This document shows positions 22,626-33,674 of a stretch of DNA of 64,000 bases, one piece after another. This stretch comes from Candidatus Zhuqueibacterota bacterium (lineage in GTDB: Bacteria > Zhuqueibacterota > JdFR-76 > DREG01), in assembly GCA_022566355.1 (NCBI GenBank), contig JADFJB010000006.1:67-64066 (forward strand), in the 5' to 3' direction. Numbering within the stretch: position 1 is the first letter of the stretch; the number at the start of each line of letters is the position of its first letter. The position numbers and the translations under genes were made by a program. The notes beneath the pieces were generated by a model. It saw nothing but the letters and a program-made list of their open reading frames with translations. It did no database searches and had not been told where the DNA came from.

Positions 22626-22633
22626 TTTCCTGG

Positions 22634-23327
22634 CTACCGTAGAGGGTGACTATATTTATCATAGAGTGTCAGAGCCAATCTTTTTTCTTCATTTGTTATT
22701 GCCATTTTTATACCTTTATATCTTGTTTTCAAATTTTTAATGTACTGAATAATAAAAGGTTTAACTTTTTCATTAAGGTTTGGATGATCTAACAAAGGTA
22801 TCAATAATTTATCATTTAAAAGTTGATAATCCATGCAATACCACCGGTAGTCACCAACCGTAGAGTGTGAGTTACTCATCAAATTTGGTGTGAGATATAT
22901 TAAAAAATTAACATCACTACTATGATTCTGAAGAAGCCAATCTGCGTACTTAATTGACTGGTCGTTTCTCGGTTTTGAATCTATTTTCAGTTCAAAAATT
23001 ATATTAACTATACCAACATTGCCGGATTCATCTGAATATTTTGCGGATAAAAAGATATCAAATCGACCAACACCAGTAATACTTGTCTCTGAGGGGAAGT
23101 TCTCATTTGGAGTAACTTGGAAGGTCTCAAAATTGGCCGTGGGCAATATTTTCAACAAGAAATCATTTTTATGATTATTGGGCTTCAGGCTTTTTTCATC
23201 CAATAACAACATCAAAAAGCGTCGTAAAACATAATCGCCTAATAAATGCGATCCTGTTGTATCAAGCAACCAACCAAAAAATGAAGAATGCCATCTTTCA
23301 TAATGAGTTCTTCCTACAATTTTAAAA
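22634..23327 (-). CDS. PD-(D/E)XK nuclease-superfamily-like protein, apparently lacking a canonical start (5' truncated?)
   Basis: GRFDIFL ... VGIVNIIFELKIDS gives a D...(E)xK arrangement. The frame is open upstream to 23327 with no ATG/GTG (the ORF track begins at an internal TTG). AT-rich context. Confidence 0.4.
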
Positions 23328-23580
23328 AAATTGGGTTCGCTTAAAATATTTTCAAATTTAATAAATTATGGCTCTGAGATAAGATTTATTAATCTCTCTG
23401 TGAAATTATTTGATTTATTTTTCTTCACTCAAAGTTTCCATTTTCTTCAATTTAAATTAAAATTATTTTAAAGTTACCTTAGCGATAAACAGTTTTCAAG
23501 CAAATATTTTATGCAAGTAAATTGATTATTTGTTTAACTCAGCATTTGTGCAATCTAATAGAAAAAATCTGTCTGCACAA

Positions 23581-24981
23581 TTATGATCTCTTAATCTTCA
23601 TCCGGATTTCCGCCCGGTAATAATAGAGCAGCCCGGTACAGGTAAGCAGCACACCCAACAAAGACGGAATGAAGGCCGTGATTAATGTAACTGCCATAAA
23701 CCAAATTTGGATCGCCAAAACGATTATCAGTGTGTATGGATAACCCCAGGCTTTGTAGGGCCGAAGTGCGTCGGGATATTTTTTGCGCAACACCCAAATG
23801 GAACCGAAAGTCATGACATTAAAAATCGACGATGTGAATGAAAAAAAGTCGATTAATGTTACATAGGCATTACCTGCGAACCCGGCGCCCATGAGCAATA
23901 CGGACGCCCAAAATGCTTGTACGAGAATCGCTACGTTTGGGGTTTTGTATTTTGGGTGAATTTTTGCCAATGGTCCGATAAACATACCATCACGAGACAT
24001 TGCATACCAGGTGCGTGACTTGCATAAAATCTGCGTACTCACATTGCCAAAAGTATTCAACATCACTGCAATCGATATCAACATTCCGCCGGCCAAACCG
24101 GCTGCTTTACTTACAGCAGCAGTTGCTACCCAGGGAGCTTCTTGAATCTCGACTACGGAGAGCTGGTAAATATAGGCAGTATTGGCAGCCAGATATAGCA
24201 GAATGATACCGCCGATACCCAAAAATAGTACGAGAGGCAGGTTCCTGCGAGGGTTGCGGATCTCCTCCGCCATATAGGTTGGACCTTCCCAGCCACTGTA
24301 AGCAAAAAATCCATAACGCATGGCAGCGCCGAATGCCAGCATGGTAGACCAGTTGAATTCATCCGGCCAAAAGGGTGATGAAAAATTAGCGATCTCCCCC
24401 CCTTTGGCAAAGCAGACTGCGATTACAGCGCCTATTGCAACCAATTTCAGAAAACCAAAAACATTTTGAATGACACCGCTCAGCGATACACCGAAGCAGT
24501 GGCTGGTGGAATGGCCCCAAATGACCATAAGAGCGATAATTACTTCTGTAAGTTGTGAGTAATTCTCTCCGGTTATAGAGAAATAAAATGCATTCCCATA
24601 TTCGGCAAATACCAGCGCAACTGCCGCAATGGCGGCCGTTTCCGACACAAAGAACATAGCCCAGCCACGCAGAAAAGCCACTATGGGTGGGTATGCCGCT
24701 TTAAGGAAAACGTAAGGCCCGCCGGATTTGGGCATCATGGCAACCAATTCCGCATACAGGAAAGCGCCTAGAATCGTGGCTATACCACCGACAATCCACA
24801 CTCCGTAAAACAAACTTACTGAAGCAACTAACATCATGATGGGTGCAGGAGCGCGAAAAATGCCCGATCCAAGAATTCGATTGATAATGATCGAAAATGC
24901 TTCTATTACTCCAAGGTTGCGATTGAGTTCGGTTTCTTCGGTAAAGAATTCTTCTTCGGAAAATTTGTGTTTAGGGGACAT
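23581..24981 (-). CDS. APC-superfamily amino acid transporter
   Basis: 12 TM; GSGIFRAP near the N-terminus; 466 aa. Confidence 0.8.
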   Translation of the reverse strand: MSPKHKFSEEEFFTEETELNRNLGVIEAFSIIINRILGSGIFRAPAPIMMLVASVSLFYGVWIVGGIATILGAFLYAELVAMMPKSGGPYVFLKAAYPPIVAFLRGWAMFFVSETAAIAAVALVFAEYGNAFYFSITGENYSQLTEVIIALMVIWGHSTSHCFGVSLSGVIQNVFGFLKLVAIGAVIAVCFAKGGEIANFSSPFWPDEFNWSTMLAFGAAMRYGFFAYSGWEGPTYMAEEIRNPRRNLPLVLFLGIGGIILLYLAANTAYIYQLSVVEIQEAPWVATAAVSKAAGLAGGMLISIAVMLNTFGNVSTQILCKSRTWYAMSRDGMFIGPLAKIHPKYKTPNVAILVQAFWASVLLMGAGFAGNAYVTLIDFFSFTSSIFNVMTFGSIWVLRKKYPDALRPYKAWGYPYTLIIVLAIQIWFMAVTLITAFIPSLLGVLLTCTGLLYYYRAEIRMKIKRS

Positions 24982-25698
24982 GAAAGGAATTTATGATTTA
25001 TGATTTACAAGTGATGATTTATTTTGAACGATTAGGACAGCAATAGATACGGAATGAAAATTTAACAGTCAATATTTAAAATAAAGGCAGGTCTTATTAC
25101 GGTAAAAATTAAAGAGAGCAACCCTATTTCACTGAAGAATTAGTTTGGATATTTTTTAAAATCCGTACTACAAGCCGACGGCAATGTGTTTTTTTAGCAA
25201 AGTTTTGGTTTTTCTATGCTGCGTTTTGGAGCATAGATAAATTTGAATTCTGAAAAGTCAGTGAAGTAGACATAAGCAATTGCCCTTTGTGGAGTGTTTT
25301 TCAACAAATGCACCAAAGTCTTTCAACAACACGTTTCGACATGAAAGAAACAAGCTCATCTCCTAAACATGGCTGATCAGGCGTAACCTCCCACGAAAAA
25401 GAACGCTGCTTATATACTTTTTATGACAGAGTAAGAAATTGCTCCATGGTATTCTCCTCCATATCGATAGTCTGCACTATCCAATATGGTTGGGGAATGC
25501 CTGGAGTTTCAACTTTTGTTAAATTCATCCGTGTCAATCAGTGTAAATCCGTGGCTAAATCAAATTATTTGGTTGTGGTCCAAGGCCGCGCTGGGAAAGT
25601 CTGTGGCTTTTTATCATAAAGAACATTTATCCTTGAATAGGATTTGTTAAATCCAATATATTTCACTTAAAGGTTTAGCGTTTCTTAAAACCGAAGAA

Positions 25699-26121
25699 TC
25701 AACCGGATAAATCGTTGTCAGAATAAAAGTTTTTTGAGGTAAATGAAGATTGTTTGATGTTGATTTTGTTCTGTATAAATCCTCTAACCTGGCGGCGTAG
25801 GAAATTTCTTCCAAAAGGAGTAAGGAAGAAAAATCCAACTAAATCTGTTAGAAATCCGGGTGTTAATAGTAAAAGTGCGGCAGAAAGGATGAAAAGACCA
25901 TCAATCAGGGCATCGGTCGGTATTCGCCCCATTTGCATTTCTTCACGAATTCGATTCAAGGTTGCAAAACCCTGAATACGGGCGAGTGCCGCGCCTGCAA
26001 TTCCGGTGAGAATAATGATTAAGAGGGTCGACGAAACGCCAATAGTATTGCCAACTTCCAGCAAAAGGGTTAATTCAATAAAAGGAACGATGGTAAATAG
26101 CAATAACAAGCGGTAAAACAT
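25699..26121 (-). CDS. fxsA: FxsA family inner-membrane protein
   Basis: MFYRLLLLFTIVPFIELTLLLEVGNTIG... matches the FxsA N-terminal consensus. 140 aa. Confidence 0.8.
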   Translation of the reverse strand: MFYRLLLLFTIVPFIELTLLLEVGNTIGVSSTLLIIILTGIAGAALARIQGFATLNRIREEMQMGRIPTDALIDGLFILSAALLLLTPGFLTDLVGFFFLTPFGRNFLRRQVRGFIQNKINIKQSSFTSKNFYSDNDLSG

Positions 26122-26367
26122 ATCAACTCCGTGATGAATGGTTAACTTGATCTATTTATTAACCTTATACGCTTAATCGAGGAAATGATCTTTTCATTAT
26201 ATTTTATGCTTATCATTCAGCTTTTTTAAATGTATGGAAATAGATTCCGTCGAGCGCCGGAAGACATAGTTTGCAGTTTTAAGCATAAAGCATGAATTCA
26301 TGAATTACTCAGGTTAATGTTGTGGCTTGAATATATCTTAACAACAGACTAAAATCATACTATTTTT

Positions 26368-26976
26368 ATGCAGGTAAACAAACCATCAACCGTTCATTTC
26401 GTACTGATTTTTATTTTCAGTATCGGCTGTGACAATCCATTTGCGTCGAGAGAAGTCGAAGCTCCGGAAACTCAGCAGGCAACAAACTGGATTCCACCGA
26501 CCAAAGCCAGTGATGTGTTGGACAACCTGCTAAACGCAATCAAAGATCAGAACTTAACCAATTATATGAATTCGCTCACCAACACGGCATTGAACGGCAG
26601 GAAATATAAATTTCGTCCGGATAAGAAAGCGTTGATTCGATTTCCCGGTGTTTGGGACAACTGGGATTTAGACACGGAAACGACCTATATAATCAACGTA
26701 TTTCAAGCGGTTCCGGACGACTCAAACTTGAGCATGATTTTTTTAGGTGAGGGGATAGAAACTCCCTTACCCGATTCGACTGTTATTATCCGTGACTATG
26801 AATTGTATGTTCCCCACATAAGAACAACCGGCCAGTTCCCGAGGTTGATTAAAGGCCGTGCGGAATTTCACCTGGCCATCAACGCCGAAGGTTTCTGGGC
26901 CATTTTCACATGGATCGACGACAGTATTGAAGACAATTCTTCATGGAGTGAATTAAAGGCATCTTTTACCCAATAA
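26368..26976 (+). CDS. Hypothetical lipoprotein
   Basis: Lipobox FSIGC. No recognisable domain. Confidence 0.5.
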   Translation: MQVNKPSTVHFVLIFIFSIGCDNPFASREVEAPETQQATNWIPPTKASDVLDNLLNAIKDQNLTNYMNSLTNTALNGRKYKFRPDKKALIRFPGVWDNWDLDTETTYIINVFQAVPDDSNLSMIFLGEGIETPLPDSTVIIRDYELYVPHIRTTGQFPRLIKGRAEFHLAINAEGFWAIFTWIDDSIEDNSSWSELKASFTQ

Positions 26977-26989
26977 ATACTCGGAATTT

Positions 26990-28165
26990 ATGAAAAGACA
27001 ATTTAACGCAAAACAGATCAAATCACGGGGAAAAATAAGATCTCCTATCCTTTCTAAACTATTAATGACGCTTGGATTAGGTGTTATCCTGGCCATATCG
27101 GTGCTGGTTTTCTTTGATCCCGGTGAAGCCAACATTGAACAATCTCCACCGGAAATCACAAATAATACTTTAACGACTAATCAAACCTGGGCAAGAGAAT
27201 TTGAGAGGTTGATGCTTCAGCTTCATTTCTCTTCCGATTGGGCTAGAGGAATAGAAAAAATTAAAGATTCCGAATCTTTCAATCCAAATCGGTTTTTACT
27301 GACATTAAAATACCCGGTTGGATACCGGATTCATAAATTCATTTTTTCTGTGATTCAAATGTCTAAAAGGAAGCATTACCAGGTAATGGAAACCTATGAA
27401 AAATTCAGCCCGCGTGAAATAAGTGTCGGAATCTCCACTGCAAGGGGTGATTACATTCAGATGAATTACAAAGAAAATTCCGATCTGGAATGGCACAGCG
27501 GAAAGATCGCAATTATTATTGATGATTTCGGTTACCGTTCCGATCATTTTGTGAATGCATTTTTTGAAATGCCATACCCGATAACCATTGCAATCATTCC
27601 CGGAACTGAGTTTGCAGAACAAATGGCCGAGAAGGCACATCAAGCCGGATTGGATGTGCTTATCCATCTCCCGATGGAGCCACTTCAGGGAGAAGTGGAA
27701 AATAAGGGTTATACCATTTTCACGGGAATGTCTCTAGAAGAAATAGATTCGACTGTGAAACGGGCATTGGAAAATGTGCGCGGCGCGATAGGAATTAACA
27801 ATCATATGGGCTCTAAGGCGACGGCGAATCGAACCACAATGCAAAGATTGATGCAAAGTTTAAAAAATCGTAATCTTTTATTCATAGACAGCATCACAAA
27901 TCGAAATAGCGTGGCCTATCAACAAGCATTACAAGCTGGGGTTCCCACATTAAAATTAAGTACTTTTATTGATAATCCTGAAAAGAACATGCAGCTGGAA
28001 ATTATTATGCGGAATACCGTGAGCCAGCTTTCACCCACGAATCCTGCTGTTCTAATCGGACATACCCGGGATGAGACCAGCAAAATATTACCCGGCGAGA
28101 TGGCTAAATGGGCAAGAAAGGGGATCTCCTTTGTAAGTGTCCTTGATTTGTTGGAAAAACAGTAA
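26990..28165 (+). CDS. Divergent polysaccharide deacetylase family protein (YibQ-like)
   Basis: N-terminal TM, then KIAIIIDDFGY ... IHLPMEP ... INNHMGSKAT motifs of the divergent polysaccharide deacetylase family. Confidence 0.75.
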   Translation: MKRQFNAKQIKSRGKIRSPILSKLLMTLGLGVILAISVLVFFDPGEANIEQSPPEITNNTLTTNQTWAREFERLMLQLHFSSDWARGIEKIKDSESFNPNRFLLTLKYPVGYRIHKFIFSVIQMSKRKHYQVMETYEKFSPREISVGISTARGDYIQMNYKENSDLEWHSGKIAIIIDDFGYRSDHFVNAFFEMPYPITIAIIPGTEFAEQMAEKAHQAGLDVLIHLPMEPLQGEVENKGYTIFTGMSLEEIDSTVKRALENVRGAIGINNHMGSKATANRTTMQRLMQSLKNRNLLFIDSITNRNSVAYQQALQAGVPTLKLSTFIDNPEKNMQLEIIMRNTVSQLSPTNPAVLIGHTRDETSKILPGEMAKWARKGISFVSVLDLLEKQ

Positions 28166-28246
28166 ATTTTGACTATATTCAAAATTTGATTTTTCAAATA
28201 TTCAGCTGTTGATCAGCAAGAAATTAAATCTCTATGTGGAGGCAAA

Positions 28247-28960
28247 ATGATACGGCTCGGGGTTAACATAGACCATGTAGCGACAATTCGACAAGCTAGG
28301 GAAGGACATGAACCCGAACCCATAGCAGCAGCCGTACTGGTTGATTTGGCCGGCGCCGATGGTATTGTCTGTCATCTTCGTGAAGACCGGCGTCACATCC
28401 AGGACAGAGACTTGAAATTACTTAAGGAAATCGTCAAAACTCACCTGAATTTAGAAATGGCTGTGACTTCCGAAATGGAAAATATCGCAATCAAGATATT
28501 GCCGGACATGGTTACCCTGGTACCGGAAAACCGCCAGGAACTTACCACAGAGGGCGGTATGGATGTAATCGGTCATTCTACCCGTATCGCACAAATGATT
28601 TCAAACCTGCATACGCACAATATTGTCGTAAGCCTTTTTGTCGATCCGAATATCCACCAAATCAAAGAAACATCTCGTATTGGCGCAGATTACATCGAGA
28701 TCCATACCGGCGAGTACGCCAATGCCAGTGATTTAATTACACAAAATGAAGAACTTGAAAAAATAGTAACCATGGCTGCTGCCGCTACCAAGCTTGAATT
28801 AGGTGTAAGCGCCGGACACGGTTTGAATTATCAAAATGTGATTCCCATCGCTAATATCCCACAGATAGAAGAATTAAATATAGGCCATTCTATTATTGCA
28901 CGATCAGTTTTGGTCGGGATGGAGCGTGCCGTCACCGAAATGCTTAGACTAATACGGTAG
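28247..28960 (+). CDS. pdxJ: Pyridoxine 5'-phosphate synthase
   Basis: MIRLGVNIDHVATIRQAR ... GADGIVCHLREDRRHIQDRD ... conserved PdxJ core. 237 aa. Confidence 0.9.
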   Translation: MIRLGVNIDHVATIRQAREGHEPEPIAAAVLVDLAGADGIVCHLREDRRHIQDRDLKLLKEIVKTHLNLEMAVTSEMENIAIKILPDMVTLVPENRQELTTEGGMDVIGHSTRIAQMISNLHTHNIVVSLFVDPNIHQIKETSRIGADYIEIHTGEYANASDLITQNEELEKIVTMAAAATKLELGVSAGHGLNYQNVIPIANIPQIEELNIGHSIIARSVLVGMERAVTEMLRLIR

Positions 28961-28967
28961 AAGTTTA

Positions 28968-29966
28968 TTGAGAAATTCTGTTCTTGTATTGAGAGGCGGT
29001 AAAGTAGAAAGCTGCCATGTAATCCATGCAGCAGTTGTAGATTCAAAAAACAATCTGATTGCTAAAGTAGGTAATCCCAACCTCAAAACATTTATCCGCT
29101 CTTCAGCTAAACCATTTCAAACCTTAGCTCTTTTTCGTGCCGGGGTAATCGATCACTTCGATTTTGATGACAAAGAAATAGCTATCATTTCGGCGTCACA
29201 TAATGGTGAAGTCTTTCATTTGGATGTCTTAAATTCCATTATCCAAAAGACCGGTTTGAAAGAATCCCAGCTGCTTTGCGGTTATCATTCACCATTTCAT
29301 GCAGCATCGGCAAAACGGATACTGACTGAAAACAAAACCAAAAGTTTGTTGCAAAACAATTGCTCCGGTAAGCATCTGGGTATGTTATCTGCCTGCCTTG
29401 TTAAGGGATATTCGATGGATTCCTACATAGATCCGGAACATCCGCATCAAATAGCGATTCGCGAGATCATTTCCGAATATAGCGAAATACCATACGAAAA
29501 TAGTGAATTTGGAATCGATGGCTGTGGAGTACCTGCGTTTTATCTGCCTCTAAAAACAATGGCATTGATGTTTACGAAATTTGCTTCTGGCAAAGATTCA
29601 GATGTGGTTCGGATCAGGGAAGCCATGGCAAAATATCCGGAATTAGTTGCTGGTACACGCCGTTTCGATACCCAATTTATGCAAACAACACAGGGAAGGG
29701 CAGTATCAAAAGTTGGCGGTGAAGCAGTGGAGTGTTTTTCTTTCTTTGATTCACATGGAATGGGTATTGCCTTGAAATGTGAAGACGGCCAATTGCGTGG
29801 TGTTGAGCCTGCTGCGATTGATATTCTGCTTCAAATGAACTTGATTTCTGAGAGTGAAGCGATGACTATGGATAATTATTGGCGTCCGGTTCTGAAAAAT
29901 CATGTTGGTGTGGAAACCGGTCGAATTCTAACAGATATTCAAGTTGAGTTTCTGAATCAGGGATAA
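28968..29966 (+). CDS. Asparaginase-II family (PF06089-type L-asparaginase) protein
   Basis: N-terminal VLRGGKVESCHVIHAAVVDSKNNLIAKVGNPNLKTFIRSSAKPFQ typical of the family. 332 aa. Confidence 0.7.
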   Translation: MRNSVLVLRGGKVESCHVIHAAVVDSKNNLIAKVGNPNLKTFIRSSAKPFQTLALFRAGVIDHFDFDDKEIAIISASHNGEVFHLDVLNSIIQKTGLKESQLLCGYHSPFHAASAKRILTENKTKSLLQNNCSGKHLGMLSACLVKGYSMDSYIDPEHPHQIAIREIISEYSEIPYENSEFGIDGCGVPAFYLPLKTMALMFTKFASGKDSDVVRIREAMAKYPELVAGTRRFDTQFMQTTQGRAVSKVGGEAVECFSFFDSHGMGIALKCEDGQLRGVEPAAIDILLQMNLISESEAMTMDNYWRPVLKNHVGVETGRILTDIQVEFLNQG

Positions 29967-30042
29967 ACAGGAACCTTGGTAACTCAATTCAAGTATACAA
30001 CAAAATCAATTAATAGAAACTAACAGTAGAAAGCGGATACAG

Positions 30043-31173
30043 TTGCCCCCGAAAAGACGATTTTCCATCCTTTCAATTTTTTTATCCTCACTTTTCTTTT
30101 TTATTGCTTGTGAAAAAAAAGCTCCGGTGGAAATCGTTGAGTCTATACCGACAATATCCGTTTACAGCATCCCGGATTTGATCAAACAGAATTCTTCAAT
30201 ACCAGTATTGTTTATGGTACAGGCTGCTGATCCACAAGGATTGAATGATCTATCGCAAGTAAACTTCTCATTGATTAACGAAATGGATCTTATTCTTATT
30301 GCTCCTGCCCCGATGTATGATACAGGTCTGGATGGAGATATTATTCGTAACGACGGGGTCTATACTTTCCAGCTTACTCCAAAAACATCGAATCTTTCTC
30401 CAGGTCAATTTTTTGTTCACTTTCAGGCGATCGATCATGATGGCAATGAAAGTGAAATTGCGATGGATACGGTTTTGGTGGAATCCGGTGGTGATGGTTC
30501 TGCCCCCACAATAACCACGGTAGATTTTCCTGAATCCCTGTCTATAGATTCCGATACCGTGTTAACACTCGTTGTTAGAGCTGAAGATGAAGACGGAGAT
30601 TTGAATGGCCTTGATTTAAGTATTTATCAAGAAAATTCACTGGATCCTTTTTTATCCGCTACCCTTATTCTTGCTAATAACAATGAATTTCGAATGGATC
30701 TAAACACATCTATTTTTACCCAGACCAGGTCGAATTACCTGTTTCGGTTTTCGGCGTTTGATCTATTAGAAAATAAAAGTAAACCGGTTGTAAGGAAATT
30801 CTATTTAGAGCGCGTCGCTGCCAATGATCCACCGCAAGTTATAGCGGTAACTGCTCCGGATACAATTTCCCGATCAGGCGAAAATACATTCCTCCTGACA
30901 GCGCAGGTTACAGACCCGGATGGGTTAAGTGATATAGCTGAAGTAACCATGAACAGCTTTCTGCCTGGCGGTACGCCGGCTTCAGACAATCCCTTCTTAT
31001 TACGCGACGATGGAATCGGTGGTGATGTAGAAGGTGGCGATGGCATATATTCACGCATTTTTACAATCGGTCAGTCAAACGCCACGGGAATATATCGTTT
31101 TGACATACAGGCCAAAGACAAAGCAGGACAATTGAGTAATATTGTTTCACATTCCATTACAGTGATCGAATAA
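30043..31173 (+). CDS. Lipoprotein with repeated Ig-like/cadherin-like domains
   Basis: Lipobox FFIAC. Recurring (V/I)xAxDxDG motifs (QAADPQGLNDL, QAIDHDGNES, RAEDEDGDLNG, QVTDPDGLSD, QAKDKAGQLS). Confidence 0.5.
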   Translation: MPPKRRFSILSIFLSSLFFFIACEKKAPVEIVESIPTISVYSIPDLIKQNSSIPVLFMVQAADPQGLNDLSQVNFSLINEMDLILIAPAPMYDTGLDGDIIRNDGVYTFQLTPKTSNLSPGQFFVHFQAIDHDGNESEIAMDTVLVESGGDGSAPTITTVDFPESLSIDSDTVLTLVVRAEDEDGDLNGLDLSIYQENSLDPFLSATLILANNNEFRMDLNTSIFTQTRSNYLFRFSAFDLLENKSKPVVRKFYLERVAANDPPQVIAVTAPDTISRSGENTFLLTAQVTDPDGLSDIAEVTMNSFLPGGTPASDNPFLLRDDGIGGDVEGGDGIYSRIFTIGQSNATGIYRFDIQAKDKAGQLSNIVSHSITVIE

Positions 31174-32612
31174 TGAAAAAGTGGGTTCAAAAAAGTTTAG
31201 TCTTTCTGGTTTTAATCGGACCAACCGTAAACGGACAAATACTCTCAAAATCATTTTATGATTTGGATAATCCTTCCGCAATCATTTCAGGGAATGGCAT
31301 AGCTGATATCCGCTATAACAATGGCCATCTTTGGATCGCGACTGGCGGTGGTCTTAGCCGAACCCAGGATGGAGGAACGAATTGGTTTAATATCAAGGAA
31401 GTGGAGGGTATTGGCAAAGGCAGTATCTCTGCGATTGCATTTAAGGGAAACACCATCTGGATTGCCACTTCCTTCGACACTTTAACTGATGATGCCGGTT
31501 TATTATCTGCCGGCGGTGGCCTTAGTTATTCCGATGACAATGGTTTAACCTGGACTTATTTTCCTCAACCAGGATTAACGAATGTTCAAAACATAACTTT
31601 CGATATTTCTTTTGTCGATTCTACCATCTGGATTACCAGTTTTGGTGGCGGCTTAAAGCGATCCGACAATTGGGGCCAATCCTGGCGCGATGTACCGCCG
31701 GATTCTTTCTTTTTTGATCCATTAGCTAATCTAAACCACCGGGCATTTTCTACCATTTCCGCGGACGGTATTCTTTGGGTGGGAACAGCAGGCGGCATTA
31801 ACCGCAGTTTTGATAAAGGCGAAAGTTGGGTTAATTTTAATCATCAAAATCAGGAATATCCCATTTCAGGGAATTTTGTAGTTGCTCTGGCTTTTCAAAA
31901 ATGGCGAGATCGTAATATTCTTTGGGCGGCAACAAGAGAAGCAGAAGAACGTGATGAGTTCAGGGCTGTGTCATATAGCGAAGATTTTGGCTTCACCTGG
32001 AAAACTACGCTTCCTGGTGTCTTTGCCCATAACTTTGCCTTCGACGATTCTACAGTTTATGTCGCTACAGATCGAGGTTTATTCAAATCGATAGATTTTG
32101 GCCTGACCTGGGCGAGTTTCCAAAATATTGTCGATGCCAATTCCGGGGAATACTTATTGGCCGAGGATATATTTTCAGCTGGTGTTTCTCCCGGACAAAT
32201 ATTGTGGTTAGGTAGTGAAGGAGGCCTTGCGAAGACTGATGACGATGGAGATACCTGGACTCTATTTCGCTCCTTCGAAACTTTGCTTGATGAAGAAAAT
32301 ATCAGCGAAACCTATGCATACCCAAATCCGTTTTCGCCTTTGCGTCATAATCCATTTAATGGCGAAGGCCACGTGCGATTCCATTACCGGGTAAAAATAT
32401 CGGGAACAGTTTCAGTCTCTGTGTATGATTTTGCCATGGCATTAGTGAAAAATGTAGAAGAAGGTATTTCCCGAATGGGTGATTCCGAATATGATGCGGT
32501 GTGGGATGGCAGGAATAATTTTGGCGAACGAGTGGCAAATGGCGTCTATTTTTATCGCGTGGATCTGCCGGGTGACAACCCGGTTTGGGGAAAGGTCATT
32601 GTAATTGACTAA
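31173..32612 (+). CDS. BNR/Asp-box repeat protein with T9SS C-terminal sorting domain
   Basis: Seven Asp-box-like repeats (SRTQDGGTNW, SYSDDNGLTW, KRSDNWGQSW, NRSFDKGESW, YSEDFGFTW, KSIDFGLTW, KTDDDGDTW). C-terminal ~85 aa YPNPFSP...GVYFYRVDL...GKVIVID matches T9SS sorting domains. Signal peptide. Confidence 0.7.
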   Translation: MKKWVQKSLVFLVLIGPTVNGQILSKSFYDLDNPSAIISGNGIADIRYNNGHLWIATGGGLSRTQDGGTNWFNIKEVEGIGKGSISAIAFKGNTIWIATSFDTLTDDAGLLSAGGGLSYSDDNGLTWTYFPQPGLTNVQNITFDISFVDSTIWITSFGGGLKRSDNWGQSWRDVPPDSFFFDPLANLNHRAFSTISADGILWVGTAGGINRSFDKGESWVNFNHQNQEYPISGNFVVALAFQKWRDRNILWAATREAEERDEFRAVSYSEDFGFTWKTTLPGVFAHNFAFDDSTVYVATDRGLFKSIDFGLTWASFQNIVDANSGEYLLAEDIFSAGVSPGQILWLGSEGGLAKTDDDGDTWTLFRSFETLLDEENISETYAYPNPFSPLRHNPFNGEGHVRFHYRVKISGTVSVSVYDFAMALVKNVEEGISRMGDSEYDAVWDGRNNFGERVANGVYFYRVDLPGDNPVWGKVIVID

Positions 32613-32633
32613 ACAAAACTCGAAATTCGAAAT

Positions 32634-33647
32634 ATGAAATTCAAATGCATTAAAATAAAAAGTCTCATTAAAGCAATAGCAATTGTGAGCTTTATTTCAT
32701 TTTCTCAACATATTCCCGTGGCTACGGCAGATACTCCGGCAGGACAAGCCGGCGCGTTCCTTCGAATGGGTATTGGAGCTCGCGCCATGGGCATGGGTAA
32801 TGCCTTAACCGGCCTGGCTCGCGATGGATTTGCAGGATATTATAATCCCGCCAGCCTGCCCTTTATGAAGAGACCGGAGCTGGTATTTTCCCTGGGCCTG
32901 TTATCGCTGGATAGGAAACAAAATTTCATAGGATTCTCGACCTTCTTACAACCAAAATCAAAAGTTGATACCTTATCCACTAATGGAAATGTCTTTCGCG
33001 GAGGGATTGCTTTTGGTTGGGTTCATGCCGGTATTTCGGATATCGATGGGCGGGATAGCGATGGCAATCATACCGGTATGTTGTCGAACACCGAAAATGC
33101 TTTTTTTGCTTCATTTGCATTACAACCGAAAGAATACATAGGAATCGGGCTGACCGTAAAAATTGTTCAGAACCGCTTGCCCGGATTAGAAAAAGATGAG
33201 GGCACGTTGAGTGCAAATGGTCTCGGTTTTGATTTGGGATTGTTTTCTGAGCCCATGACCAATTTGACATTAGGATTAGTTGTTAAGGATATTAGCACTA
33301 AATATACCTGGGATACTGAAAATGTTTTTGCGAGAGGTTCCAGAACCATCAATGAATTTCCCATGCTTGTGCGCTTTGGTGGTGCTTACAAATTTCAGCA
33401 AGAAACCCTTCTTTCGATGGATGCTGAATTCAACGAAGAGCAGGGATGGCGGATTTACTTGGGTGGTGAGAGAAAATTCAGGGAATCCTTTACGGCAAGA
33501 GCGGGCTACAATTCAGACCGCCTTACATTTGGGTTTGGGGTTCAATTCAATATCTGGAATTTTAAGGGTGAATTGGATTATGCCTACGATACAATTTCGA
33601 TTACACCCAATGCTGAACAACATATTTCCTGGCGTCTCATTTTTTAA
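32634..33647 (+). CDS. PorV/PorQ-family outer-membrane beta-barrel protein (T9SS-associated)
   Basis: N-terminal AGQAGAFLRMGIGARAMGMGNALTGLARDGFAGYYNPASL matches the PorV/LptO N-terminal signature. Signal peptide. Ends in aromatic-rich beta-barrel strands. Confidence 0.65.
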   Translation: MKFKCIKIKSLIKAIAIVSFISFSQHIPVATADTPAGQAGAFLRMGIGARAMGMGNALTGLARDGFAGYYNPASLPFMKRPELVFSLGLLSLDRKQNFIGFSTFLQPKSKVDTLSTNGNVFRGGIAFGWVHAGISDIDGRDSDGNHTGMLSNTENAFFASFALQPKEYIGIGLTVKIVQNRLPGLEKDEGTLSANGLGFDLGLFSEPMTNLTLGLVVKDISTKYTWDTENVFARGSRTINEFPMLVRFGGAYKFQQETLLSMDAEFNEEQGWRIYLGGERKFRESFTARAGYNSDRLTFGFGVQFNIWNFKGELDYAYDTISITPNAEQHISWRLIF

Positions 33648-33674
33648 GGTTTTGGAATTTCAAAGAAAAGAATC

